A stretch of 30,026 nt of DNA from positions 1 to 30,026 of the forward strand of contig JBNJFB010000024.1 in the NCBI GenBank assembly GCA_051746405.1, given 5' to 3'. Below the pieces are notes generated by a model, which was given only the letters and a program-made list of their open reading frames with translations, was not told the DNA's origin and did not search any database. The position numbers and the translations under genes were made by a program. This DNA is from Campylobacterota bacterium (lineage in GTDB: Bacteria > Campylobacterota > Campylobacteria > Campylobacterales > Arcobacteraceae). Shown piece after piece: positions 1 through 8,356 of this stretch. The first letter of the stretch is position 1. Every line of letters begins with the position of its first letter.

Positions 1-2
1 CC

Positions 3-74
3 AATGAAACAGGTAAAATGGCTAAGCAGATAGTATCAGATGTATTAGAGAAAGATTTTGTAGGAAAAAGTTAG
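3..74 (+). CDS. 3' end of a gene entering from the left; probable methyl-accepting chemotaxis protein C-terminus (partial)
   Basis: Open frame from base 3 reads NETGKMAKQIVSDVLEKDFVGKS, then TAG at 72-74. The 'A-K-x-I-V...K-[DE]-F-x-G-K' ending resembles Arcobacter-type MCP tails (recalled pattern, only 23 aa visible). Confidence 0.5.
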   Translation, partial: NETGKMAKQIVSDVLEKDFVGKS

Positions 75-103
75 ATTAAAAAAAGGTATAAATCTCTTTG
101 TAC

Positions 104-204
104 AAGACCGTTCAAAATAATGTGTCAAGTCACCAATTGTAACTTTATAAATCTAAATAATTATCCAATCTCCCTTCGAAAAATATAGCAAGTTGGGAGA
201 TTAA
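104..204 (-). mobile_element. IS256-family remnant: transposase C-terminus plus right terminal inverted repeat
   Basis: Minus strand 201->145 translates ISQLAIFFEGRLDNYLDL*, matching the typical IS256 transposase ending (SQLAIxFEGRL). It is followed by TTGACACATTATTTTGAACGGTCTT (128->104), which resembles IS256 terminal IRs. An in-frame stop at 208-210 shows the rest of the gene is missing. Confidence 0.75.
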
Positions 205-269
205 CAATTATAATGGCTTGAGAATTTAAGACAAAGAATTCATAAGATTTATTTCTCAAATGTTAAAAC

Positions 270-322
270 TGTCAAGTGCAATCCAAAAATGCACTAATGT
301 GCAGTGGAAAAGTGCACCACTT
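270..322 (+). mobile_element. Isolated IS21-family terminal end
   Basis: Starts TGTCAA, followed by two tandem 23-bp imperfect repeats, GTGCAATCCAAAAATGCACTAAT (276-298) and GTGCAGTGGAAAAGTGCACCACT (299-321), 17/23 identical. A TG terminus plus tandem internal repeats is the IS21 end architecture. No istA/istB follows. Confidence 0.65.
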
Positions 323-331
323 AGTAAAACC

Positions 332-421
332 TATTTGTTAGAAAACTCTATTAATGTATGGTTTGATGAAAAAGTAGAACCATTTATTGTAAAATTACAT
401 ATAGTTAATTGTAGATTATAG
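332..421 (+). pseudogene. Possible fragment of a WYL-domain transcriptional regulator gene
   Basis: Reads YLLENSINVWFDEKVEPFIVKLHIVNCRL* with no start codon or RBS. 'LENSINVWF...EPFxVxL' resembles the WYL-to-WCX junction of Campylobacterota WYL proteins (recalled, unverified). Confidence 0.4.
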
Positions 422-431
422 TAATAAATAG

Positions 432-461
432 AAAGCTAAAAGGCAATTGCCTTTTAGCTTT
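432..461. terminator. Rho-independent terminator downstream of the histone-like gene
   Basis: Perfect 30-bp palindrome AAAGCTAAAAGGCAATTGCCTTTTAGCTTT, 12 bp past the stop codon of the minus-strand 474-659 gene. Confidence 0.85.
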
Positions 462-473
462 TGTTTGCTGAAA

Positions 474-659
474 TTATGCAGCTTTTTTAGCAGCTTTTTT
501 TGCTACTTTCTTAGCAGTCTTAACTTTTTTAGGGCTAGCTTTTAAAACTTTTTTAGTAACTTTTTTAGCAACTTTTTTTACGTCTTTTTTCTTAGCAACT
601 TTCTTAGCAGCTTTTTTTGCAATGTTTGCAACTTTTTTTTCTTTTAATTCTTTAGCCAT
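474..659 (-). CDS. Small Lys/Ala-rich histone H1-like basic protein
   Basis: 61 aa with 27 Lys, (A/V)(A/T)KK tetrad repeats and one SPKK motif. AAAGGA RBS upstream of ATG and a terminator downstream support a real gene. Confidence 0.8.
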   Translation of the reverse strand: MAKELKEKKVANIAKKAAKKVAKKKDVKKVAKKVTKKVLKASPKKVKTAKKVAKKAAKKAA

Positions 660-781
660 GTTGGTCCTTTTTTTATTTTAAATCTATTACTTATAGTAAA
701 AAGTAATATATTATAGATAATTGTACAAAAAAAATATAAATATGTCAAGGAAAAATTCTTTAACCGTTTAATAATATAAAC

Positions 782-792
782 TTAGATAAAAT
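782..792 (+). promoter_or_regulatory. Probable sigma70 extended -10 element for the aminotransferase-carA operon
   Basis: TTAGATAAAAT about 40 bp upstream of ATG 833. The same motif recurs before thiC (9255-9265) and ilvE (15091-15101, minus). Confidence 0.55.
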
Positions 793-832
793 ATTCCGTT
801 TTGCTATAAAGAAAGAATTTAAGGATATAAAT

Positions 833-1939
833 ATGCTATTAACTCCAGGTCCAACTCCAGTTCCAGAATTTGTAAGAAAAGCTATGGCTGATGTTACAAT
901 CCATCATAGAACACCTGAATTTGAAAATATATTTGCTCAAACAAGAGAGTTACTATTTGAACTTTACGGTATGGATGAGGTTGTAATGCTTGCATCAAGT
1001 GGTTCAGGAGCTATGGAAGCTTGTGTTACTAATCTTACACATAAAAAAGCTTTGACAATAAACTCAGGTAAGTTTGGTGAGAGATTTGGAAAAATCTGTA
1101 AAGCATTTGATATAGATTATACAGAAATTACAAATGAGTGGAATACACCTGTTAGTGTAGAGTCTGTTGTCCAAGCAGTTAAAAATGATAGTGATATAGA
1201 TGCAATATTTATTCAACTTTGTGAAAGTGCAGGGGGTTTAAAACATCCTGTAGAAGAGATTGCAAAAGCTGTTAAGCAGATAAATAGCGAGATTTCAATA
1301 GTAGCTGATGGTATTACTTCTATTGGTGTAGAAAAGATAGATACATCAAATTTAGATGCAGTAATTACAGGAAGCCAAAAAGCACTTATGCTACCACCTG
1401 GACTTGCAGTAATTGGTTTATCAAATAGTGCAGTTACTAAAATAGAGAGTAAAGCTAGAGGTTTTTACTTTAACTTAGCCACAGAAATTAAAAAACAGAA
1501 AACAAATACAACAGCATGGACTGCTGCTACTACTTTAATTATTGGACTAAAAGAGATTCTATCTTATATAAAACAAAATGGTGGATTTGAAGCTTTATAT
1601 GAAAAAACAGCTAAAAAAGCAAAAGCTACACGAAAAGCATTAGAAGCAATAGGGTTAGAGATTTATCCAAAAGTACCTGCTAACTCAATGACTGCGATTT
1701 ATACAGATAAGTCAAATGAGATTAGAAAAATTTTAAAAAATAGATATAATGTAAATATAGCAGGTGGACAAGAACATCTAAAGGGTAATCTCTTTAGAAT
1801 TAATCATATGGGATTAGTAGAAGATTATGAAGCTTCATGGGTAATAAATGCAATTGAATTAACACTAGATGAGTTAGGTATTAGAAACTATAATGGAGTA
1901 GCTAATAAAGTATTTAGTGAAGAAATGTTTAAAGGATAG
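833..1939 (+). CDS. Class V PLP-dependent aminotransferase (serine-pyruvate/alanine-glyoxylate family)
   Basis: N-terminal LLTPGPTPVP, HHRTPEF, PLP-lysine motif TGSQKALMLPPGL, C-terminal GGQ...FRINHMG. Confidence 0.92.
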   Translation: MLLTPGPTPVPEFVRKAMADVTIHHRTPEFENIFAQTRELLFELYGMDEVVMLASSGSGAMEACVTNLTHKKALTINSGKFGERFGKICKAFDIDYTEITNEWNTPVSVESVVQAVKNDSDIDAIFIQLCESAGGLKHPVEEIAKAVKQINSEISIVADGITSIGVEKIDTSNLDAVITGSQKALMLPPGLAVIGLSNSAVTKIESKARGFYFNLATEIKKQKTNTTAWTAATTLIIGLKEILSYIKQNGGFEALYEKTAKKAKATRKALEAIGLEIYPKVPANSMTAIYTDKSNEIRKILKNRYNVNIAGGQEHLKGNLFRINHMGLVEDYEASWVINAIELTLDELGIRNYNGVANKVFSEEMFKG

Positions 1940-1947
1940 ATTTTAAA

Positions 1948-2793
1948 ATGGTATTTGAACATGAAATCCCAAAGGGAAGTAGACTATATTTTGGTAAAGC
2001 AGCTAAAGCAAAAAGAGAGTTAGAGAATAAAGTAAGTAATATTTTAGACCAAAATGGTTTTGAAGAGATATTAACACCAAACTTCTCTTATTGTCAACAT
2101 CAAGCAATTGCAGATGATAAGAAGCTTATTAAGTTTTCAGATGAACAAAATGAACAAGTTGCACTAAGAGCTGATTCAACGTTAGATGTGGTAAGAATCA
2201 TCTCAAAAAGATTAGGAAGGACCACTAGTCATAAAAAATGGTACTATATTCAACCTATATTTACATACCCATCAATTGAAGAGTATCAAATAGGTTGTGA
2301 ATGGATACAGCATGATGATATAACAGATATTATGAATTTAACAGCTAATATTTTAAAGGAACTAAATATAAGTCCAGTACTTCAAATATCAAATATTAAC
2401 ATTCCAAAGCTAGTTGCAAAACAGTTGGATATTGATATTGATTTATTTAAAAATGGAGAGATTGCAGAGTTATTTAAATTAGATGTAAATTGGCTAAATG
2501 AATTAATAAAAGTAAAAGATATAGCTGGACTAAAAAATAGTTTAGAGATGGTTCCAGACCCGTTAAGAGCTGAAGTTAATAAGCTTTTAGAAAAAGCAAG
2601 TGAAGTTAACTATGAAAACTGTGTTATTGCACCACTTTATTATGGTTCATTGAAGTACTACAATGATGTTTATTATAGAGTTATAAGTGATAATTTAACA
2701 CTATGTAAGGGTGGAATGTATTCAAGTGAGGGTATAAGCTCACTAGGTTTTGCACTTTATACAGATAGTTTATTAAAAATATTAGAGGATTAG
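1948..2793 (+). CDS. hisZ: ATP phosphoribosyltransferase regulatory subunit
   Basis: HisRS-like motifs (GFEEILTP, LRADSTLDVVR, EEYQIGCE, GG.Y...LGFALY); lies immediately upstream of purA, a common arrangement. Confidence 0.85.
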   Translation: MVFEHEIPKGSRLYFGKAAKAKRELENKVSNILDQNGFEEILTPNFSYCQHQAIADDKKLIKFSDEQNEQVALRADSTLDVVRIISKRLGRTTSHKKWYYIQPIFTYPSIEEYQIGCEWIQHDDITDIMNLTANILKELNISPVLQISNINIPKLVAKQLDIDIDLFKNGEIAELFKLDVNWLNELIKVKDIAGLKNSLEMVPDPLRAEVNKLLEKASEVNYENCVIAPLYYGSLKYYNDVYYRVISDNLTLCKGGMYSSEGISSLGFALYTDSLLKILED

Positions 2794-2803
2794 GATTAGA
2801 TAG

Positions 2804-4057
2804 ATGAAAGCAGATTTAATAGTTGGTATCCAGTGGGGTGATGAAGGAAAAGGTAAAATAGTTGATATGCTTGCACAAAACTATGATATGGTTTGTAGAA
2901 GTCAAGGTGGACATAATGCAGGTCATACAATTTGGGTTGATGGTGTTAAGTATGCACTACATTTAGTTCCCTCAGGAGTTTTAAATCCAAAAGCAATAAA
3001 TGTAATTGGTAATGGGGTTGTTTTATCTCCTGAGTCAATTATAAAAGAGATGAGTCAATTTGAAAACTTAGAGAAAAGGCTTTATATTTCAGATAAAGCT
3101 CATTTAAATCTTCCTTATCATGCATTAATTGACCAAGCAAAAGAGAGATTAAAAGGTGATAAAGCTATTGGTACTACAGGAAAAGGTATTGGTCCTGCAT
3201 ATTCAGATAAAATAAATAGAATAGGACATAGAGTAGGTGAGTTACTAGACCCTGAAAAACTAACATCAAATATATTAGCTTATTTTGAACAAAATAGGGC
3301 TTTTTTTGAGCTACTTGAGATAAAAACACCAAGTAAAGAAGAGCTTTTAGAGTTATTAACTAACTATAAAAGTAAGCTTGAACCATATATTACAAATACA
3401 ACAAATATGATATGGAGTGCACTTGATAGTAATAAAAGAGTCCTTCTTGAAGGTGCACAAGGTACAATGTTAGATATAGACCATGGAACTTATCCTTATG
3501 TAACATCTTCAAGTACTGTAAGTGCAGGTGCTTGTACAGGTTTAGGAATTAGTCCAAAAGATATTGATATAGTAACAGGTATTACAAAAGCTTACTGTAC
3601 AAGAGTTGGGAATGGTCCTTTTCCAACAGAAGATTTTGGAGCGAATGGTGATAGAATGGCTGATGTGGGAAAAGAGTTTGGTACTACTACAGGAAGAAAA
3701 AGAAGATGTGGATGGTTTGATGCAGTTGCAGTTAAACATGCAGGTAGATTAAATGGATGTGATCAATTAGCACTTATGAAACTTGATGTTTTAGATGGAT
3801 TTGAAAAAATCAAAATATGTACAGCATACGAGTTACCTACAGGTGAAGTTATTGATTATGTTCCATCTGATTTAGAAGATATCAAACCTATTTATGAAGA
3901 GATTGATGGTTGGGATAGTGTAGTTGGATGTAGACAATATGATGAACTTCCAAATAACGCAAAAAAATATATTGAAAAAATCCAGGATATCACATCTGTA
4001 AAAGTAGGAATAGTTTCAACATCTCCTGAGAGAGCTGACACAATTATAAGGGGGTAG
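2804..4057 (+). CDS. purA: Adenylosuccinate synthetase
   Basis: [63 protein letters not shown]. Confidence 0.99.
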   Translation: MKADLIVGIQWGDEGKGKIVDMLAQNYDMVCRSQGGHNAGHTIWVDGVKYALHLVPSGVLNPKAINVIGNGVVLSPESIIKEMSQFENLEKRLYISDKAHLNLPYHALIDQAKERLKGDKAIGTTGKGIGPAYSDKINRIGHRVGELLDPEKLTSNILAYFEQNRAFFELLEIKTPSKEELLELLTNYKSKLEPYITNTTNMIWSALDSNKRVLLEGAQGTMLDIDHGTYPYVTSSSTVSAGACTGLGISPKDIDIVTGITKAYCTRVGNGPFPTEDFGANGDRMADVGKEFGTTTGRKRRCGWFDAVAVKHAGRLNGCDQLALMKLDVLDGFEKIKICTAYELPTGEVIDYVPSDLEDIKPIYEEIDGWDSVVGCRQYDELPNNAKKYIEKIQDITSVKVGIVSTSPERADTIIRG

Positions 4058-4060
4058 GAA

Positions 4061-4612
4061 ATGAGAATCAAGTTGCACCATACACCGTACATTTCAAGAA
4101 GAGTTACAAGGGATTTAGCAAGTTGTAGCTTTGTTGAAGTTAGAAAAGATAAAAATAGTATTGAAGAGCAAATTGAACGTATCTTAGATGAAGATATTGA
4201 AAAAGAGTTCGATTTAGATGAAAAAGTTGATGATATCTTAGATGAACAAGAAGAAGAAATAGAGATATTAAACGCAGATAGAAGACAACTATTTTGGATG
4301 ACTAAAAAAAGACTTGCAAATGACTTTGGTATTATTTTAAATAATGAAGATAGGTTTTCAGATATAGCACATAAGGTTTTAGACTATTTATGGGAAGAGG
4401 ATTATATACATTATGAGTGTTCTGATAATCAAGTTAAAAATGTAATATTTTCATCAATTGATGAGTTTTTAAAAGGTTTTGAAGAGGCTGATTCTGCTGT
4501 ATTAGCTAAACTTAAAAACTATAAAAGAAAGTTAATACCAGGAACTGAGGACTATGATTTAGTTTATCATAGATTGTATGAAGAAGAATTAATAAGAAGA
4601 GGATTGATTTAA
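4061..4612 (+). CDS. DUF507 family protein
   Basis: Acidic 183-aa protein with the conserved C-terminal 'KRKLIPGTEDYDLVYHRLYEEEL.RRG'; located between purA and carA as in other Campylobacterota. Confidence 0.8.
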   Translation: MRIKLHHTPYISRRVTRDLASCSFVEVRKDKNSIEEQIERILDEDIEKEFDLDEKVDDILDEQEEEIEILNADRRQLFWMTKKRLANDFGIILNNEDRFSDIAHKVLDYLWEEDYIHYECSDNQVKNVIFSSIDEFLKGFEEADSAVLAKLKNYKRKLIPGTEDYDLVYHRLYEEELIRRGLI

Positions 4613-4613
4613 C

Positions 4614-5738
4614 ATGCAAAAAGTGTGGATTTATTTAGAAAATGGAGTATTTTTAGAAGCAAAGTCTTTTGGTGCAATGGGTACATCTGTTGGGGAGATT
4701 GTATTTAATACATCACTAACAGGATACCAAGAAATTATTACAGATCCATCATATGCTGGGCAGTTTATTACATTTACAATGCCAGAAATAGGTAATGTTG
4801 GTGTAAATGATGATGATTATGAGAGTAATAATGCACACTGTAAAGGTGTGATTGTAAGAAACTATCACCATGAGTATTCAAACTTTAGAGCAAATAGTGA
4901 TTTAGATTCATTGTTAAAGCAACATAATGTATTAGGTGTTTGTGAAATTGATACAAGATATTTAACTAAAATGGTAAGAGATGAGGGTGCTATGATGATG
5001 ATAGCATCTACAGATATTTCAAATAAAGAAGAGTTAGCACAAAAACTAAAAGCTGAACCAAGAATTGAAGATATAAACTATATAAAACAAGTTACAACAA
5101 AAGAGCCATATGTACATAAATATGGAGCATGGAATCATAAGCAAATGAAGTATAATAAAGCTGTGATGAGTGAAAAAAGAGTTGTAGTAATTGATTTTGG
5201 TGTAAAAAGAAACATCTTAAATGAGCTAGTTGAGTCAGGACTTGAGGTTGAAGTAGTGCCATCTGATTTTAATGCAAGTGATTTAATACATAGATTTGAA
5301 GCTGGAGAAATAGGTGGTGTATTTTTATCAAATGGACCAGGTGATCCACTTACATTAACAAATGAGAAAAAAGAGGTTCAAAATCTTATAAAATCAGATA
5401 TACCTATTTTTGCTATTTGTTTAGGTCATCAAATGCTTTCAATTGCTCATGGATACGATACATATAAATTAAAATTTGGTCAACATGGAGGTAACCATCC
5501 TGTTGCAAATCCAAAATCGATGGTTGTAGAAATTACAGCACAAAATCATAACTATAATGTTCCAAATGAAATAGTTCAAATTGCTCAAGTAACACATAAG
5601 AATTTATTTGATGATACAATAGAGGGTGTTAAATATAATAATAAAGAGATTTTTTCAGTACAACATCACCCAGAAGCATCTCCAGGACCACATGAATCAA
5701 AATATATATTTAAAGAGTTTGCAAAAATAGTGAAGTAA
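4614..5738 (+). CDS. carA: Carbamoyl-phosphate synthase small subunit
   Basis: GEIVFNTSLTGYQEIITDPSYAGQ, LSNGPGDP, ICLGHQ (catalytic Cys), QHHPEASPGPH. Confidence 0.99.
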   Translation: MQKVWIYLENGVFLEAKSFGAMGTSVGEIVFNTSLTGYQEIITDPSYAGQFITFTMPEIGNVGVNDDDYESNNAHCKGVIVRNYHHEYSNFRANSDLDSLLKQHNVLGVCEIDTRYLTKMVRDEGAMMMIASTDISNKEELAQKLKAEPRIEDINYIKQVTTKEPYVHKYGAWNHKQMKYNKAVMSEKRVVVIDFGVKRNILNELVESGLEVEVVPSDFNASDLIHRFEAGEIGGVFLSNGPGDPLTLTNEKKEVQNLIKSDIPIFAICLGHQMLSIAHGYDTYKLKFGQHGGNHPVANPKSMVVEITAQNHNYNVPNEIVQIAQVTHKNLFDDTIEGVKYNNKEIFSVQHHPEASPGPHESKYIFKEFAKIVK

Positions 5739-5751
5739 TTCACTTTTTTGC
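5721..5751. terminator. Bidirectional terminator between convergent carA and pgpA
   Basis: GCAAAAA(T)AGTGAA-GTAA-TTCACTTTTTTGC hairpin overlapping the carA stop codon. Confidence 0.7.
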
Positions 5752-5773
5752 ATAAGCTTTTTTAGATTATAGT

Positions 5774-6259
5774 TTATATAGAAGATAGAATAAATTTATC
5801 AATTAAGTGGTAACTACCACCTGCTGCTATACCAGCAGCAACTCCTGCAATTACATCATCAAGCATAACTCCCCAACCACCTTTAAGTTTTTCATCAACT
5901 CTTCCAATAATTGAGGGCTTCCAAATATCAAATATTCTAAAGAATACAAAAGTAAGTATTGACATTATAAGCATATTTGATTGGGTTATACCACAAATTG
6001 ATAGGGCAATCCACATACCAGCTAACTCATCAATAACTATCTCTTTGCCATCATGGGTTCCCATCTGTTCTTCATAGATATCTATTTGTTTTACCGCAAC
6101 TACAGTTATAAGTAAAGCTAGTAAAAATAGAGTTGATGAAGGTAGAAACTGAAGTATTAATAATCCAAAGATTAAAGCTACTAAAGAGCCAACTGTACCC
6201 GGTGCTTTTGGAAATAATCCACTATAAAAAAGTGTTAAAAAAAGTTTTCTAATATTCAA
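5774..6259 (-). CDS. pgpA: Phosphatidylglycerophosphatase A
   Basis: PKAPGTVGS, EIVIDELAG, FRIFDIWKP, GGWGVMLDDVIAG; hydrophobic. Confidence 0.96.
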   Translation of the reverse strand: MNIRKLFLTLFYSGLFPKAPGTVGSLVALIFGLLILQFLPSSTLFLLALLITVVAVKQIDIYEEQMGTHDGKEIVIDELAGMWIALSICGITQSNMLIMSILTFVFFRIFDIWKPSIIGRVDEKLKGGWGVMLDDVIAGVAAGIAAGGSYHLIDKFILSSI

Positions 6260-6268
6260 AATATGTCC

Positions 6269-7159
6269 TTATTTTTTCTTTTCAATTCCAAGTTTTTTTC
6301 TCTTCTCCCAAAGTGACTTTCTTGATATCCCAAGCTTTTTAGATAACTCAGTATCTGGGTACTTTGTTTGATGGGAAAGAACCATAAGTTTTACATAATC
6401 ATTTATTGTCATAATATTTGTTGATGATATAAGCATATTTTTGCTGTTAAACTCTATTTTTCTATATGGAAAATCTTCTTGCACTTCAAGTGATGATAAA
6501 ATACAGTTTTTATTTTCAATTAGTTTTATTAAATTATCTTTTGCAGTTTTTTTAAGTGTATGAAAATCTGTAAGATAAATAATTGTTTTATCATCAATTG
6601 CATTTAACTTTTTTTGCCAACTTGGTAGGTTTAGACTAATAAACTTAATTGGCATATCTAGTTTTCTTGAGAGTTCAAATACTAATTTATCAGAACTTTT
6701 TTGTGAGTTTGACTCTATTAGTGTAGGGAACGATGGAGGTAGAAATGTATCTGTGGTATCAACATCTTCCATAATAAAGTCAACATACTCCCTTAATGTT
6801 TGTAACTCTTTTCTTAAGCTTCTACACTCTTTATAATGATAGATTTTCCTTACTAATTCATCCATTAAAAATGGTTTCATAATATAGTCTTTTGCACCAT
6901 CTTTAATTGGGTTTGTAACAGTTTCATCAGAAATATAAGATACTAGAAGAAGAATAATTGAGTTTTCTTTATACTTTTTTATTATAGTTTTGCATAAACT
7001 TGATGGTAGCGATGTGGATAATAAAACTATATCATAATCTTTTGATAGGTTGTCAATATTTGGTGATTCTATATAATCACAACTATGTCCATCATCAAGA
7101 AGTCTTGATACAACTTTTTGTGCTAGATAAATTTCATTTTCAATAATTAGTATATTCAT
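6269..7159 (-). CDS. cemR: Atypical orphan response regulator, HP1021/Cj1608 (CemR)-like
   Basis: REC domain with Ser at the phosphoacceptor position (YDIVLLSTSLP); C-terminal Fis-type HTH DTELSKKLGISRKSLWEKRKKLG; overlaps the ispDF stop codon, matching the ispDF-HP1021 synteny. Confidence 0.8.
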   Translation of the reverse strand: MNILIIENEIYLAQKVVSRLLDDGHSCDYIESPNIDNLSKDYDIVLLSTSLPSSLCKTIIKKYKENSIILLLVSYISDETVTNPIKDGAKDYIMKPFLMDELVRKIYHYKECRSLRKELQTLREYVDFIMEDVDTTDTFLPPSFPTLIESNSQKSSDKLVFELSRKLDMPIKFISLNLPSWQKKLNAIDDKTIIYLTDFHTLKKTAKDNLIKLIENKNCILSSLEVQEDFPYRKIEFNSKNMLISSTNIMTINDYVKLMVLSHQTKYPDTELSKKLGISRKSLWEKRKKLGIEKKK

Positions 7160-8280
7160 TTTTTCTTCCAGTTATAGTATTTTAGTGTAGCTACACTATG
7201 TACAGCTACTCCCTCTTTTCTGCCAATAAAACCCATCTTTTCATTTGTGGTTGCTTTTATGTTTATAAACTGCTTATCAATAGATAAAAGAGCACAAAGA
7301 GATTCTTTAATCTCTTTTTTAAAAGGGTTTATTTTTGGTGTTTGCGCTAATATAGTTAAGTCAATATTGACAATTTCATATCCAACACTGTAAATAAACT
7401 CTATTATCTCTTTTAGAAGTACTTTAGAGTCACAGCCTTTATATTTTGGGTCATTATCAGGAAAAAACTCTCCAATATCCCCAGCACCTGCTGCACCTAA
7501 AAGGGCATCAATTATAGAATGAATTAACACATCCCCATCACTATGAGCCTTAAACCCATAATCACTTATAATATGAACTCCTCCTAAATACATCTTCTTA
7601 TTTTGTTCAAACTGATGTATATCAATTCCAAAGCCTGTGAAGAAACTAGTTGAGGGTTTCTTTAGGCACTTTATATCTTTAAGTTCACTTCCAAAAGTGA
7701 GTTTTTTGCTTTGGGTACTTCCTTGTATATATTTTACAGAACCACCTATTGCTTTTATAGCAGAGCTTTCATCTGTAAACTCTTCTTTAGTATTAATTGC
7801 TTTTTCTAGTATAGAGGTTTTAGACAGTTGAGGGGTTTGTATTAGTTTTACATCATCTCTACTTATAGTGCTTTTATTATAAGTGACAGTGTCAGGTACA
7901 TTTAATGTGGGAACAATACAGTCAAACTTATCTTTAAGTGATACAAGTTCTAAAACCACCTCTTTAGGGATACAAGCTCTTGCCACATCTGTTATCATTA
8001 CATAGTCTGAATTTACATAATCCAAAGAGTTTTTTATAGACTCTTGTCTAGTGTTTCCCCCTTTAACAAACCTTGCATCATCATAAAAATTATCCATGTA
8101 GCTTAGTTCGTTTGCATGGGAGGTGATTATAATCTCTTTAAAGTCATAGTAGCTAGATACTCTTTTTGTAACATTTAACCACAAAGGTTCATTTCCTATT
8201 CTAAGCCACTGTTTTTTTGCTTTATGCTCAAATCTTGTTGAGTTTCCAGCACAAAGTACTATTAATGTAACATCTAACAC
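7156..8280 (-). CDS. ispDF: Bifunctional 2-C-methyl-D-erythritol 4-phosphate cytidylyltransferase / 2,4-cyclodiphosphate synthase
   Basis: IspD motifs (LCAGNSTRF, GGNTRQESI, QTPQ, TDESS) fused to IspF motifs (GFGIDIHQF, HSDGDVLIH, GDIGEFFP, KATTNEKMGFIGRKEG); GTG start. Confidence 0.97.
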   Translation of the reverse strand: MLDVTLIVLCAGNSTRFEHKAKKQWLRIGNEPLWLNVTKRVSSYYDFKEIIITSHANELSYMDNFYDDARFVKGGNTRQESIKNSLDYVNSDYVMITDVARACIPKEVVLELVSLKDKFDCIVPTLNVPDTVTYNKSTISRDDVKLIQTPQLSKTSILEKAINTKEEFTDESSAIKAIGGSVKYIQGSTQSKKLTFGSELKDIKCLKKPSTSFFTGFGIDIHQFEQNKKMYLGGVHIISDYGFKAHSDGDVLIHSIIDALLGAAGAGDIGEFFPDNDPKYKGCDSKVLLKEIIEFIYSVGYEIVNIDLTILAQTPKINPFKKEIKESLCALLSIDKQFINIKATTNEKMGFIGRKEGVAVHSVATLKYYNWKKK

Positions 8281-8356
8281 AAGTCCCCTTTTTGTGTAAA
8301 AAAGTTACATATTATAATCAATTGTTTCTTATGAAAAGTTAAGACAAAGTGGTAAA

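Noticed and set aside
168..202. Inverted repeat AATCTCCC...GGGAGATT as a possible sRNA or riboswitch hairpin
   Set aside because: Only an 8-bp stem with a long loop, and it lies within the IS256 transposase remnant, which explains the sequence.
276..321. Tandem 23-bp repeats as a mini CRISPR array
   Set aside because: The repeats are adjacent with no spacer, there are only two imperfect copies and no cas genes; an IS21 end fits better.
3542..4092. Minus-strand ORFs 3542-3739 and 3892-4092
   Set aside because: Short antisense shadows of purA with no recognisable motifs.
7637..7831. Plus-strand 64-aa ORF
   Set aside because: Antisense to ispDF; shadow ORF.
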